This document shows, piece after piece, positions 27,343-38,948 of a DNA stretch of 64,000 nt. A model generated the notes under the pieces. It made no database searches. It saw only the letters and a list, made by a program, of their open reading frames with translations, and was not told the DNA's origin. Both the position numbers and the translations under genes were made by a program. How positions within the stretch are numbered: position 1 is the first letter of the stretch; every line of letters begins with the position of its first letter. Source of the DNA: Trypethelium eluteriae (Eukaryota); assembly GCA_051942245.1 (NCBI GenBank), contig JAVECL010000005.1, positions 1 to 64,000 of the forward strand, written 5' to 3'.

Positions 27343-27771
27343 CTTTCGTAGGGTTTTCCGAGGTCTCCTTAGTCTTATATCTCGTATTGTGAGCTACGAA
27401 TCGGATCGGGAATCCAGTTGGGCTTTGACATAGACCCGGACGACACCGAGGTTGATGCTTGCGCTTTCCCCACACTCAAGATCGTCTAGGAGCAATTCAC
27501 CTCTCTTCTCAGGACAAAATTACCTAAAACTTCTTACGAACAAAGATGTCAAAGAGTTTGAGAATCTTTATTATTTACTACTACAAGACTTGATAGTCGT
27601 GGAACCACTCATCTGCAAAGCATTATTCTATTTTCATGTATTCGGCCCTGGGCGGGTTTACTCTAGAAAAGATTTCCTCAGGCTGGTCGGAAGCTCCTCT
27701 TCGACCTGCAGCTTCATATGCTTGGTCTATCGATTGCCATGTAGGTGTCTCTGAAGCTCTTCCGAAAGAGC

Positions 27772-28526
27772 TCAGAGCTTAGCAATTACTGCATCGGCTC
27801 CGGACACCTGTACTGTCTTAGTAACTAGCCAGAGACCTTAGATTCAGGATTCGTCTACAAAACTCACCGTGACCTGGCCCGGATTTTGCTCGCGCTCTGC
27901 ATAGCTGATCGTCCCATCTTTCTCAATGATCATGACCCAACGCCCGTTACGATCACCCATTCCAGCTGCCCAGCCGTAATTCTTGGAGAAGAGGGTCTTG
28001 GTATCGCTCATGAAATACTAGGATTACTGGGTTAGCGAATCTTTCGATGGGTCATCAAAGATCGCAGTATGTCACTCACAATAGGCTCGTCTCCTTTCAT
28101 ACCATTGACCTTCCCCCAGGCCGACATCACCCAGGCATCATTAGAAGCGATGACAACGACAAGATCGACGCCCTTCGCCTTCAGATCGTTGATCTTGGAG
28201 ATGTACGGGGGCAGGTGGTAGGCTTGACAGCCTGGAGTGAAGGCGCCTAATGTTGCTCTTCTTAAAATTTCTTGCTTCAGCCTTAATTGTGGACAAAACA
28301 AAGCTCACCAGGAACGCTAACAAGCACAGCCTTCTTGCCTGCAAACTCTTTGCTGGCGTCGTATGGTTGCGGTCGTCCACAAGCGGTGGGGTCAGGGTCA
28401 GTAATTGGAGCCCATCTAACAGGATCGGTCCTTAGTACGACCACCATTCGCGACACAGTCTGGACATCGTTTCACTCACTCGAACTCAACTCCTGAGGGG
28501 AATTTGTCACCCGCTTGCAAGGGCAT
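27772..28526 (-). CDS. Peroxisomal peroxiredoxin (Prx5/PMP20/Ahp1/Asp f3 type), multi-exon
   Basis: MPLQAGDKFP...AFTPGCQAYHLPPYI...VIASNDAWVMSAWGKVN...VSGADAVIAKL*; C-terminal AKL is a PTS1. Confidence 0.92.
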
Positions 28527-29006
28527 CTTTGTAGATTATCACAACGTAACTGATATTGCCGCTCCAACTGGAAAGTGGTGCAAAGCGTGAACAAGAATTG
28601 AGAAGCGTAGCCGTGGCGAGGAACTCTTATTTTAAATTTCGGACTTCAAACCTGGTAGCACGGAGATATACGGAAAGTTTGTGATTGTGAGGGTGATGCG
28701 AATCGCAGGAGTGGATGGCGGGGCACGCAAGAATGCCTTATGACGTAATGACGCGGGCGTGGGGCTATCATACTACCAATTCTGGGAGACACTGCTTCAG
28801 TTATTTTATCCGTACGGCAATAGCCTTCACCATTCCCAGTCTCTCGGATTAGGTTCAGCCACTCAGTCGACGAAGGTAAAACGATCCTTGGGACCTATCA
28901 CTCATTCCATCTTTGCTACCATTAGAGTAGTAAAATACATAGCCCTCCGTTCCATAAGTCGCTTAGATAGGTAAGGTAGGAAAAGTTGACCTACCCGGCA
29001 CGGGCA

Positions 29007-29777
29007 TTACCGGTTCCATAAGTGGCTGAGGAAGAACTTGGTATCCTGCTCACCAGGGAGGCGGCATTCTTCCACTTCTCCTCTTGTGACGTTCCTCCAT
29101 TCTTCGACAGGTATCCATCCGATGTACGCCCTATCTCCGAAACCACCAATCCAGTACACTTCTTGCACCACAAGTCTCACCCAATGACTCTCGTGAATCT
29201 TGTTCCCAGGCAGCCATCCTCTTGCATCCGGATGGTACTTGGTAAAGCACCCGACAAGTCCTTGCTCCTTTACTTCCTGGTCCTTGATGTCTTCAAGATA
29301 CCCCACTAGTGAGTAGCGTGGTAGGTTCGCAGTGCTGTATTTGCGCGCGTGTGCATCTGGCGGATGCCACCGCAGCGAAAGTGTAATATTACTGCCAGCA
29401 GCAGCGTTCTTGAAACTTGTGGCGATATCGATGGCAAGAATGGTTGGGTTTCCCGTTGAGGGCTCGCAATCGCCAAAGTAGTCCATCAAACCTATCGGAG
29501 TGCCTCCGACATCGCTCGGTCGGTTTTCGAATGCAGTGGAGTCAGAACGGGATGAAGAGGACGGGAAGATTGTGGATAATGTGCCGATGTTTTCTAGGTG
29601 GAGAATCCGGCGCGCTTGAACAGCGGACTCATGGACCGACGGGATATCGTAACCAGAGTCATAGAGGGAAGCGCCAGGCGAAGGGTACGAAAAGATGGTC
29701 TGGAAATGCGGTAGGGTTAAGCTAGTGGTGAGTTGGACTGAAGAGAGGATGGCCAGAGCGTGAAATCTCATGTCCAA
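29007..29777 (-). CDS. Secreted CREG-like / pyridoxamine 5'-phosphate oxidase-like split-barrel protein
   Basis: Signal-peptide-like MRFHALAILSSV; ESAVQARRIL..GTLSTIFP; PIGLMDY; HPDARGWLPGN; VYWIGGFGDRAYIGWIP. Single exon. Confidence 0.85.
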   Translation of the reverse strand: MDMRFHALAILSSVQLTTSLTLPHFQTIFSYPSPGASLYDSGYDIPSVHESAVQARRILHLENIGTLSTIFPSSSSRSDSTAFENRPSDVGGTPIGLMDYFGDCEPSTGNPTILAIDIATSFKNAAAGSNITLSLRWHPPDAHARKYSTANLPRYSLVGYLEDIKDQEVKEQGLVGCFTKYHPDARGWLPGNKIHESHWVRLVVQEVYWIGGFGDRAYIGWIPVEEWRNVTRGEVEECRLPGEQDTKFFLSHLWNR

Positions 29778-30243
29778 TACTGGAGCTCGAAGAATGATGT
29801 CTTAAGCAAAATGTGAGTCAAAGTCTGACACTGGGTGGAGATGTAAGGACACGGAAATGACTTTAAGACCAGCTCAACATTACAAGAATATGTTTAGAAT
29901 AGATTGCAACTGTAGAGCTTATTGATGGACTTCGTTCGATTATAGCACATGAGAATAATGTTACGACGGCAAGCTGATTACCGTGAAGGGGATAGCTTCG
30001 GTATGTAAGTCGGGCCGGTGGCGATGGTGGAGTCAATCGTTCGCACTTCGTCAATCATAAACCTCTTCTCTCCGACCAGTATCATTCATCTCCCAATACC
30101 CATCACCTGTGTACGTCAACCCACATCAATACCAACATCGTTCGTTTTTCTTCGAGACGTCAAGTGTAACCGTTTTTTACAGGCTCTGCCGGTCCTATCA
30201 GAAATTTGAATCCCGCTGTAGCTCGATAACAGTATTTGTCGAT

Positions 30244-30744
30244 ATGGGTAAAGTCCACGGCTCGCTTGCACGCGCGGGCAAAGTTAGATCACAGACACCC
30301 AAGTATGCTACTCTAAATCTCTCTGGAAGTTTTGAATCACAAGTCATCCCAAGGACGCATTCGTCCGGTTGAGGCATAATGTGACTGCTTTACTGGATTT
30401 GCTAACGCGTGCCTCGCATTTAGGGTCGAGCCCCAGGGTGTGTAGCACGATTTCTTAGCTAATTGAGTTGAGCTAAGTATGCGCAGAGAAGAAGAAGACG
30501 CCCAAAGGTCGTGCGAAGGTACAACCTCTCCGTCAATCCTATCACGATCATCCATGCATTTCCACCCGCTCTTAGGTGCCGTTCGCTAAGATGAACTCCA
30601 GAAACGCATTACCTACACCCGAAGATTCGTCAACGTAACTATGACCGGTGGCAAGAGAAAGGTTCGCATCTACTATCGAGCAGACTCCCACACGACTCTC
30701 CTACTCATACTATTCTGCAGATGAACCCCAATCCTGGGTCGTAA
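30244..30744 (+). CDS. RPS30: 40S ribosomal protein S30 (eS30), 5 exons
   Basis: MGKVHGSLARAGKVRSQTP|KVEPQ|EKKKTPKGRAK|KRITYTRRFVNVTMTGGKRK|MNPNPGS* assembled across four GT-AG introns. Confidence 0.96.
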
Positions 30745-31504
30745 ATGATTACTCAACGAGGAACTTGTACGCTTGTCAGGGGTGGGGCTGCGGCATGGAA
30801 TTACGTCTGGTGTGATTTGATCATGACTTGGACTGGGTATTAAGGAAAGCGCATCTCGCAAAGGATGCTTTTCCCGTTAGGTCAAGCTAGATATCTGGAA
30901 GGATGAGTGCATATCTGGCGCTCGGCGTTTGCTTCCTAGATTGTATTTAAAAACGGCAATTCGAACCCGTGGAAAAGGCCTTTTGGCTGTTGCAGTTCCG
31001 ATGTTTCAACAAACAAGCAGTGTGATTCCGTCTAGAATATTAATCGAGTAAGCCCGCTTAGAGCCAGATGTTCAGAAAGGACTAGAATCTCTTTCTCCGC
31101 GGACGAAAAGGCAGGAGTGTAGCCCAGTGACAAGGAAATCCTGCACCCCAGTGCTTGCTTTGCTGCGACTTAGGGATGAGTCAGATCTTGCTCGACATGA
31201 CACGACATCGAAGCCGACGACCATCCATATTTTCAAAGTGTAGGAATCTAGCCCACGGTCATCTAAGACCAGATTTGGTCTGACTGACAAAATAGATTAC
31301 TCAGTGATCGATAAGCTGTGCGTAGTACGGAGACGCTATCGGAATTATCGCTTGTGTTAGGCTATTCTACTTAGGAGCTCAAATAAATTTAAAAGCGCAG
31401 AAGTGAGGACCAGCTTCAGAGCGTCCCCTGTCTATATAACTACCAATTCCCCTCCCAAAGTGGAAAATCTCTCCTGCTGTCTGGTGACAACCAAGACAGT
31501 CAAT

Positions 31505-32112
31505 ATGTCAGTCAAGCCTCCATTCACCGAAGAGACAGCTCGCCTGAAGGTCAAGAAGGCGCAGGACCTCTGGAATACACGGTAAATGCCATCAATCTTC
31601 ATTCTCCACCACCGATGCATTGTCTCAACCCATGAGACTAGCGCACCATCAATGGTTCCATCTCAAGCCATGATGAGATTTCCATGTGGACCTATGCATG
31701 TATCATCCTACTGACCTCAGACTCCTATTCTAGCAATCCCGAAATAGTCGCCCAAGGCTACGATCCTGACTGTATCTGGCGGAATCGTGATAAGTTTTTC
31801 CGTGGCACCTCCGCCATCATCGCCTTCTTGCAGGCGAAATGGACGCGCGAGAAATCCTACCGTCTCCGGAAGGAGCTCTTCGCCTGGCACGACAACAAAA
31901 TCGCTGTCCAGTTCTGGTACGAGTACCAGGATGCTGAGGACGGGCTGAAGTGGAAGCGATGCTATGGACTGGAGGACTGGACGTACAATAAGGAAGGAGT
32001 GATGATCAAGAGGATGATGAGTGGGAACGATCTGGAGATTGGAGAGGAGGGGAGGTGGTACAAGGATGGCGTAAATGTCGAGGACGTGAAGATTGGGGAA
32101 GAGCATTGGTAG
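31505..32112 (+). CDS. DUF1348 / SnoaL-like (NTF2-fold) protein, 2 exons
   Basis: MSVKPPFTEETARLKVKKAQDLWNT..PEIVAQGY..DCIWRNR...KWTREKSYRLRKELFAWHDNKIAVQFWYEY...WKRCYGLEDW. Confidence 0.88.
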
Positions 32113-32215
32113 AAGAGGAACCAGTACATGCCGAAGACCCCTGTTCTAACTAGGGCCAATGCAACATTCAATGGAAAGGACACCCTTATGGTGCAGATGT
32201 ACTCGGGTTGAGGTT

Positions 32216-32727
32216 TTAGGCAGGAGGCGTCTCATGGATAACGACGAGGAGAAATTTCGCATCTAGTCCTAAGTTAGCCTGTACAGAATCTCTGCCCAAT
32301 CTTAAGCATACCTGGTACAATGACAAGCTCATTCTTCTTCGTCCGCACTCGCACCAACTTGGCTTCATCACTCTCGTCCAGTTCATGAATCATCGATCCT
32401 GCGGCGCCGACAAAATGGTATACCAGTCTTGCTACATCCTCAGCACTGTGAATTCCGGTCGCTTGCCTTCCTGCTCCATTAGACAGCAGTTCGGTACTAT
32501 CTTCGGAAGAAGAAGGTTGTGTGCTGTTTGGATTTGCTGAGATGCTGTTGGAGGTCAATCCGGAAGTGCGGACGATTGCGCCTGTGTCGCGAGACAATAC
32601 AAGTGTGCTTTGGACACCAGGTTTTTGGCTGAGGCGAGTTAGGAGAGCAAGGGTATCATCAGGCTTAAAAATCAGCTATGAAGTTATTATTTTCTGTAAC
32701 ATGGGGCCCTACAGTCGTCTGAGCCAT
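32216..32727 (-). CDS. Roadblock/LC7 dynein light chain-like protein, 3 exons
   Basis: MAQTT|PDDTLALLTRLSQKPGVQSTLVLSRDTGAIV...KLVRVRTKKNELVIVP|DAKFLLVVIHETPPA*; the RxRTKKxE motif is typical of roadblock proteins. Confidence 0.88.
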
Positions 32728-33075
32728 TGGACTTGCAGGCGCAGCAAAAGGATTTGAAAGCAACCATGAGATTGGTGAACTCCTTGGAAGTATGAGCGAG
32801 GTCTTTGGCGCAACAGAGCAACACGGTGCAAGCCTCGAGACGCAAGTCTCGCAAGCTGGTTGTTGACGACGGGGAAAAGCTCAGAAGCGGGCTTTACGTC
32901 AAACTCCCGCACTCGGTAAACTTTCCCATAAATTCTCGCGCTGGACCACAAATGCTCATACTCTAATCACAAGCGATGAACCATATTTCTCTCAACGTCT
33001 ACCGATGATTATAGCAAACTTTGACATCTGTGGTTGTTCTCGAGGGAGGCCGACTGTCTTCGAGCCAACGTAGGG

Positions 33076-34146
33076 ATGGCAGCTAGTGCGAGAAAGAAAA
33101 AGGAGAAGAAGAAAGATTTCCAAAAGGCCAAATTGAAGGTTGGCAAGACGAAAGCGAGACCAGATAGCTTCACAAGCACAAGTTTCAAAGCCAAATGTAA
33201 CATGTTTGCTGAAGGATCTTATCCAATCCAATGTGCATGTGCTAACATGATTTTAGCTATCGTACTCAACCCGCAATCTCTAGCTACGTCGGCTCCGTCA
33301 CCGACCTTGCAATTTAATCACCACCTTTCGCTCTTGACCTCCAAATCTGAAAATCAGAGGAGGGACTCATTGGCATATCTTACAACTGCCGTCGCCTCAG
33401 GGCCTCTCCCCCAACCGCTTGCGGTAATACTCGAAAAGATTCGACCTCTTCTATTAGATTCGTCCCACGCCGTTCGTCAACAGCTTAACAAGCTTCTGCG
33501 AGCTCTGCCAGCTGAAGAGATTACCAGCAATGCCGGTAGCTTGATCCTCCTCACCCGAGCGGGCATGACACATCTATCAAACGATGTACGACTAACTGCG
33601 CTTGACGCCTTCGAATGGCTTCTCGAAACAGCAGGCAAAGAAGTGGTTGGTATAGCTGGAGTCTGGGTCAAAACTTTGAAATGCTTTCTTGGTCTACTTG
33701 GTTGGCAGAAAAATCAAGACGATAACGCGGAGAACTCCAAATGGTCTATAATCAAACAAGCGCGGGCAAGGCTGGCGGGTGCAGACAAGATATTTGTCAA
33801 ACAGCTCCTGGCATTAACATTATTTTTAGACGCTGGAATAGGCCAACAGGAACAAGAACTCTCTAAGCTACAACCTAGTACTTTCCCACTGTGGCATACG
33901 CAGTTCCATATGTTACCGCATCGCCCGAATCCCTATGGATACCTTAACTTGGCTGGGGCTGCGAGGGATGAAGAGAGCGAAGCTTATGAAGATCGATTGG
34001 ATCGTCAAAGAGTCTTTAAGAAGTTGGCGCTAGCTCAGGTTGAAGATGGTCTTGAACAAGCCAGGAAGGAAGGCGGAGAGGTGGGTAGAGCAGCGGCTGC
34101 GCTACGAAGAGCCGTGAACTTAGGCATGATGGGTTTCGTTGAATAG
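33076..34146 (+). CDS. IPI1: Pre-rRNA processing protein Ipi1 (Rix1 complex)
   Basis: MAASARKKKEKKKDFQKAKLKVGKTK..TSTSFKAK; RRDSLAYL; RAGMTHLSNDVR. Probable intron 33197-33256. Confidence 0.92.
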   Translation: MAASARKKKEKKKDFQKAKLKVGKTKARPDSFTSTSFKAKCNMFAEGSYPIQCACANMILAIVLNPQSLATSAPSPTLQFNHHLSLLTSKSENQRRDSLAYLTTAVASGPLPQPLAVILEKIRPLLLDSSHAVRQQLNKLLRALPAEEITSNAGSLILLTRAGMTHLSNDVRLTALDAFEWLLETAGKEVVGIAGVWVKTLKCFLGLLGWQKNQDDNAENSKWSIIKQARARLAGADKIFVKQLLALTLFLDAGIGQQEQELSKLQPSTFPLWHTQFHMLPHRPNPYGYLNLAGAARDEESEAYEDRLDRQRVFKKLALAQVEDGLEQARKEGGEVGRAAAALRRAVNLGMMGFVE

Positions 34147-34631
34147 GGTTTGTAGCCAGATTCCATGATGGCTATTAGAGTCAAATGTCCAGTCTCGAAG
34201 TCACGTTCGGAAGCCTCCATAATTGTTCGTGGTTCTCTTCGAAGCCAATGAAATGCGCTGTTGCTGCAGAAGGAAAGGAAGATTGCCGAGAGCCTTTTGA
34301 GCAGTGGCTTTCCAGTATTATGCAGAGAGCTCAGTGCATAATGCCGTTGGTCTCGTATGAGACTTGTCGGTGTATGGAAGCATCATCACGATCCTGGTAA
34401 CTCTCGTATTAACGCGTCATCCGCAGCTCTAATCCAACACAGAGGCTTATGCAGGGGATCTACGAAGCCCTGGTCAATATTGTTTCAGGCTACAAGGCTC
34501 ATTCCTCCTCCATTGTTATTGGACGAACTTCTTCAATACATGATTCTGGCAAGTGATTCTAGTCCCTCTTCCATTATCTTCTCTTTGTGTAAGGGATACC
34601 ATCTGAGCCTTTCATCTTTCCCAAGTAGCGA

Positions 34632-35720
34632 ATGAATCAAGCTCAATTGTCACCTCCACCGCAACTAAGTCTAGTTTCTCATTTTAATTGTTGCTGATCA
34701 TTTAATGATCTCGATATTACCAGGTGATAGGTCGGCCGCTAATGATAACCGTCCTGATATTGGTTGTGGTAGGGGTTGCTACAATAACAGTTGCCCTCCG
34801 AATCCTTTCCCGGAAAGTCAAGGTAGTCAATCTCGGGTTAGACGATTACCTGATCATCCTTTCCTTGGTAAGGTCACCTGGTTTATCTGAAAATGTAGCC
34901 AACAGCTTTCTTAGTTGCTTACATGGGGTGTGGCGGCGGATATAATCATTGGTTAGTCTACTATATTGACATTGACATAAATCTCAGGGCTAAGTTCTAA
35001 CAGCTGTGCACTATGGCTTTGGGCAAGACGAAACAGACCTTCCAAAAGAGAAAATGAAACCTCTTTTGCAGGTAAGCATGCCTTTGCGCATAAGCAGCTC
35101 TCGCTCAATGTCCGCGGCAGGCTCTTTTTGCAGTCGCGATGCTCTGGTCTCTGGCTGTGACCATGGTCAAGATTTCCATATGTGCTTTCTATGTCCGAGT
35201 CTTCGGAAGGAAAAGTCATACGTATATTACATCGTATGTTGTCATGATAGTTTCCGTTGCCTGGTGTCTTGTAGCTGTATTTGGTCTTGCTTTTGAATGC
35301 GGTCCTCTCGAAGCATTCTGGGATCACATCTCTCCCGGGACTATCTGTGGGACCACAGAGCTCGAGTATGCCATCATCAATGGATTAAACGCCTTGAACG
35401 ACCTGATTATCTTGCTCTTGCCATTGCCGGCCATCTGGAATTTGCAAATCTCAACTCAAGAAAAAGTGCAAGTCTCCTGCATCTTCCTCCTCGGATCATT
35501 GACTTGTGGTATTAGCCTGGCTCGATTGATCATGATTGTCGAAAATCAAGCGGATGATCCAGCGTGGAATGCTCCGCAGCATATTTTGGCCGTTGTGGAA
35601 GTCTGCACAGGAATTGTAAGCGCTTGTCTTCCTACCATGAGGCCGCTTGCTCAGCGAATTTTCTCCTCAAGAGCGTCTTTTCGTGATATAAGCTGTGGAC
35701 TAGGTATCTACCGAGGTTAA
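34632..35720 (+). CDS. PTH11-like integral membrane protein (fungal rhodopsin domain, no CFEM); 5' end approximate
   Basis: VALRILSR..LGLDDYLIILSL; YGFG; KISICAFYVRVF; ECGPLEAFWD; DLIILLLPLPAIWNLQI; VEVCTGIVSACLPTMRPL. Confidence 0.85.
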
Positions 35721-36119
35721 AGCCGAATTTCGAGATAGGCGGTATCAATTATTTTCTACTTCTGCCCCATACCTTTCAAATGTACCAGAGACTGCACATT
35801 GACTATGAGGGAAGATCTCAGTGGACTTAAGTAGCAATAAGTATCAGCTCGGAAGCTAGATCCTCTCTTTTATCGAGTCCCACCCATGCTCAGTTACATT
35901 CGTATGGCTCAGATAGGAGTGTCTACCGGAATTTGAAAGATACACGCTGTTTTTAATTCACTGACTATGATGGTGCTTATACGACCTAGCCTCACCTGAT
36001 GGGAAGATTTTCGACGTCCTGTCAAAATTGCACAGCTGCGAGTCGGATGTCCTAACACGAAGTGCATGAGCCCTATTTCAAGTCGGCTCTTGGTAATGCT
36101 CACCTGAGCACGTTCACAT

Positions 36120-38132
36120 TTACGAGTTCCGTAACAGACGTCTTAGTGCGTCCACCTTGGCTCTCCACCCATCTCTATAACCCAGCTCTACAATCCCTTT
36201 ACACATCTCCCATGGCTTGCTACCCCCGGAAATGGGATAGTCTAATCTCCTTGGAATCTTCGTTCCCACCAACGCTGTCCGGTCCTCACAGACGCTCTTG
36301 GCATTGCACAAACTCCACAAGCCCTCCTCCCCCGCAAACCGCCCATATCCAGAGCCCTTGACGCCGCCGAACGGGAGCTGTACGGCATAGTACGCGGCGA
36401 AATCATTCACGCTCACCATACCCGCCTCCAGCCCCGCAACGACCTGGTTCACGTAATACGGCTCGGAGCCAAACACACTCGCTCCTAGCGCATACGGCGT
36501 CGCATTCGCAATTCGGATGGCGTCCCGCACGTCAGCCGCCCGCATGAGCACTGCAACGGGTGCGAAGAGCTCCTGCTGCGCAATGTCCATCTCGGGCGTC
36601 ACATCCACCAGCAGCGTCGGCGCGAAGTAGTGGCCGGCTGGATGCCTGGGGTGCACGCAGCGCCGGCCTCCGCACAGGAGCCGGGCGCCGTCCTTTACGG
36701 CCGCCGCGATCAGCGACTCGAGACGGGAGAAGCCGTCGTCGGAGATGCAGGCGCCCATGTCAATCTCATCGGCGTCGGCGCCGGTGTCATCGAGGGCGGA
36801 GCCGAGTCGGAGGGCGCGGATACGGGGTTCGAGGAGGGCGAGGAGTTGTGGGTAAACCTTGGGAGTCGCAACGATGCGTTCGATGCCGATGCAGTTCTGG
36901 CCTGAGGATTGGAAGACGCCGCGCATGAGAATGCTGGCGATGGCGGGAAGATTGCGTGCATCATCGAGGATGATCGCGGGGTCTTTGCCGCCAAGCTCGA
37001 GAGTGAGAGGGGTGAGAGCTTTGGCGGCGGAGGAAGCGACGGAGTGGGCAACGGGACGGGAACCAATGAAGGTGATGTGGGATAGCACGGGGTGAGAGGT
37101 TAAGTGCGAGGCTGCTTGGGGCCAGCAGGTGACACTTTGGACGAGATGAGGCGAGTGTCCACACGCTTCGAGTGCGGATTTGACGACAGATATGAAGTAG
37201 TTGCTGGACCAGGCTGTGCGCTCAGAAGGTTTAAGGACGATGGCATTGCCAGTGAAAAGAGATGAGATGATGGGACCCAGCAGGTTGTGGAACTGCGGGA
37301 AAGGGTCAGTGTAAGAGCGGTAGAATTGATGAAGCTCGTCAAGCTTACCGGGTAGCTAGAGAAAGTATCAGTACCGTGATGGTGGAAGATATGCATCGTA
37401 CCTACTTCCAACTAACACATGCTGCCACGACGCCCAAAGGTTCATATCTGACCTCATTCTTTTTATACATCATGAGGAGATTCGTTGGTCTTTTTGACGG
37501 CCTTAACGCCTTCTCTCCATGATCGATGGTCCATTTCAATTTCTCCGCTGTTACAAGTATTTCCCCAAAAGACGCGTCGACCATTGTCTTCCCTGAGTCC
37601 AAACACGCAGCTCGAGCGATTACATCTTGGTTGTCGAGAATGTGCCTATAATTGTTAGTTTCCCCCCCTTCGTTTATCTGTTTAGATACACTTACTTCAA
37701 CAGTGTTCTCAACACCTTACGCCTTCGGTCAAATGAAGTCTTTGCCCATTCAATCTGGGCTTCATGTGCCTTCGTTATAGCTCGATCGATACCATCAGGG
37801 GTCGTTGGATTGACCAGCCCAAGGAATTTGCCATTGGTGGGGCAGTAGCACTGAATAGCGGTCGAACCCGAAGCCTATTGCGAACGATACATTAGCCATG
37901 GTGCTGCTACACTCCGGAGTGGTCGTCATGCCTTTATTGAGGGTTCGTCGAGTATTTTTCCATCCCAGCCCTGACGGCATTGCTCAGGGACTGGTACATC
38001 GTATTCCACAGGCTCTTCGAAAGACGGCCCGCTCAAAATAATATAAAGGATTGGTACAAAGAGGATCAAAAAGATTGCGGAGAGGACGGCAGCCTCCGAA
38101 GGAATGAGGTCTGTAAGCTCCTGAAGCTCCAT
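36120..38132 (-). CDS. MSC7: Membrane-anchored aldehyde dehydrogenase, Msc7/ALDH22-like, multi-exon
   Basis: N-terminal TM (AVLSAIFLILFVPILYIIL); IQCYCP; DSGKTMVDASFGEILVTAEKLKW; ITFIGS; LELGGKDP; catalytic GQNCIG; QELFAP; LPFGGVKGSGYGRFAGEEGL. Confidence 0.85.
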
Positions 38133-38948
38133 GTTAAGGAAGGCTTACTTTGCTTGCGGGAAAGTCTCCATGGTGGAGGCTGTCGATGATTGGTCAGGAT
38201 CCCGTCACTGCCATACATCAGGCCTATGACGACATGGCGCTTGCAGATTGATTTCCTCCTGCCGAGTATCTCTTCACGTCTTCTAATTGCGTGCTTTGTA
38301 TGTACCATGGTGCTCAATAACGCCTACAGATCCCAGACGCGCTGAAATTGTCGATCGTAATCAGAATCGGAATTACAACAAGATCTAGCGCTCTTTGCTG
38401 CCATGCGAGCGAGCCCCGCAGTATCACGTCACTGACAGAGCAAAAATTTAGTTTTACCCACGAGCTTGCGTCTGGCCAAAGAGGTTATCTTTTACTTTGT
38501 GCGGCGAGACTGTAGGTTTCACCTAGGTCGTAACACTGGGCTTTCTAAAGCTAGTGCTGCCGGGAAGGCCATGACGCTCTGCAAGAATAAGAGCAGCCCT
38601 GCCAGCGACAACGCCTAGGAAAGTTGACAAACGCCAAGACACTCTCCCGATTAGTTTTTTTGCAGCGTCTGCCGGGCGAGGAGGGGATTTTGGTTGGACC
38701 CCGTCACGCCCGTGGACCCCTCACCTGATCGAGCCGGTCGGCCTTAGAGTACCTCATCCTACTGTGTCCCCTCAGATGCTAGAAATTTCTTTTCAGAAAA
38801 ATCCTCTTCGCCTAGAGCTCATTGAATTTGCTTACTTGGATTCAAAGGCCCATTTTTGGCGGTAGGGCAACCTGGACGTTCAACTAACAACTAATTTTCA
38901 TCTATTCTTCCCCATTATCTCTCCAACATACGGCTATCTCAGATCGCT

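Noticed and set aside
30950..31030. GGGTTCGAAT (T-loop/B-box-like) on the minus strand
   Set aside because: No cloverleaf stems or A-box could be built, so no tRNA is called.
31665..31716. ATGATGA...CTGA in the DUF1348 intron (C/D snoRNA-like)
   Set aside because: Boxes are only about 45 nt apart and the CTGA is part of the branch point CTGAC.
32970..32985. GCGATGAA upstream of IPI1 (PAC-like)
   Set aside because: One mismatch to GCGATGAG and no accompanying RRPE; too weak.
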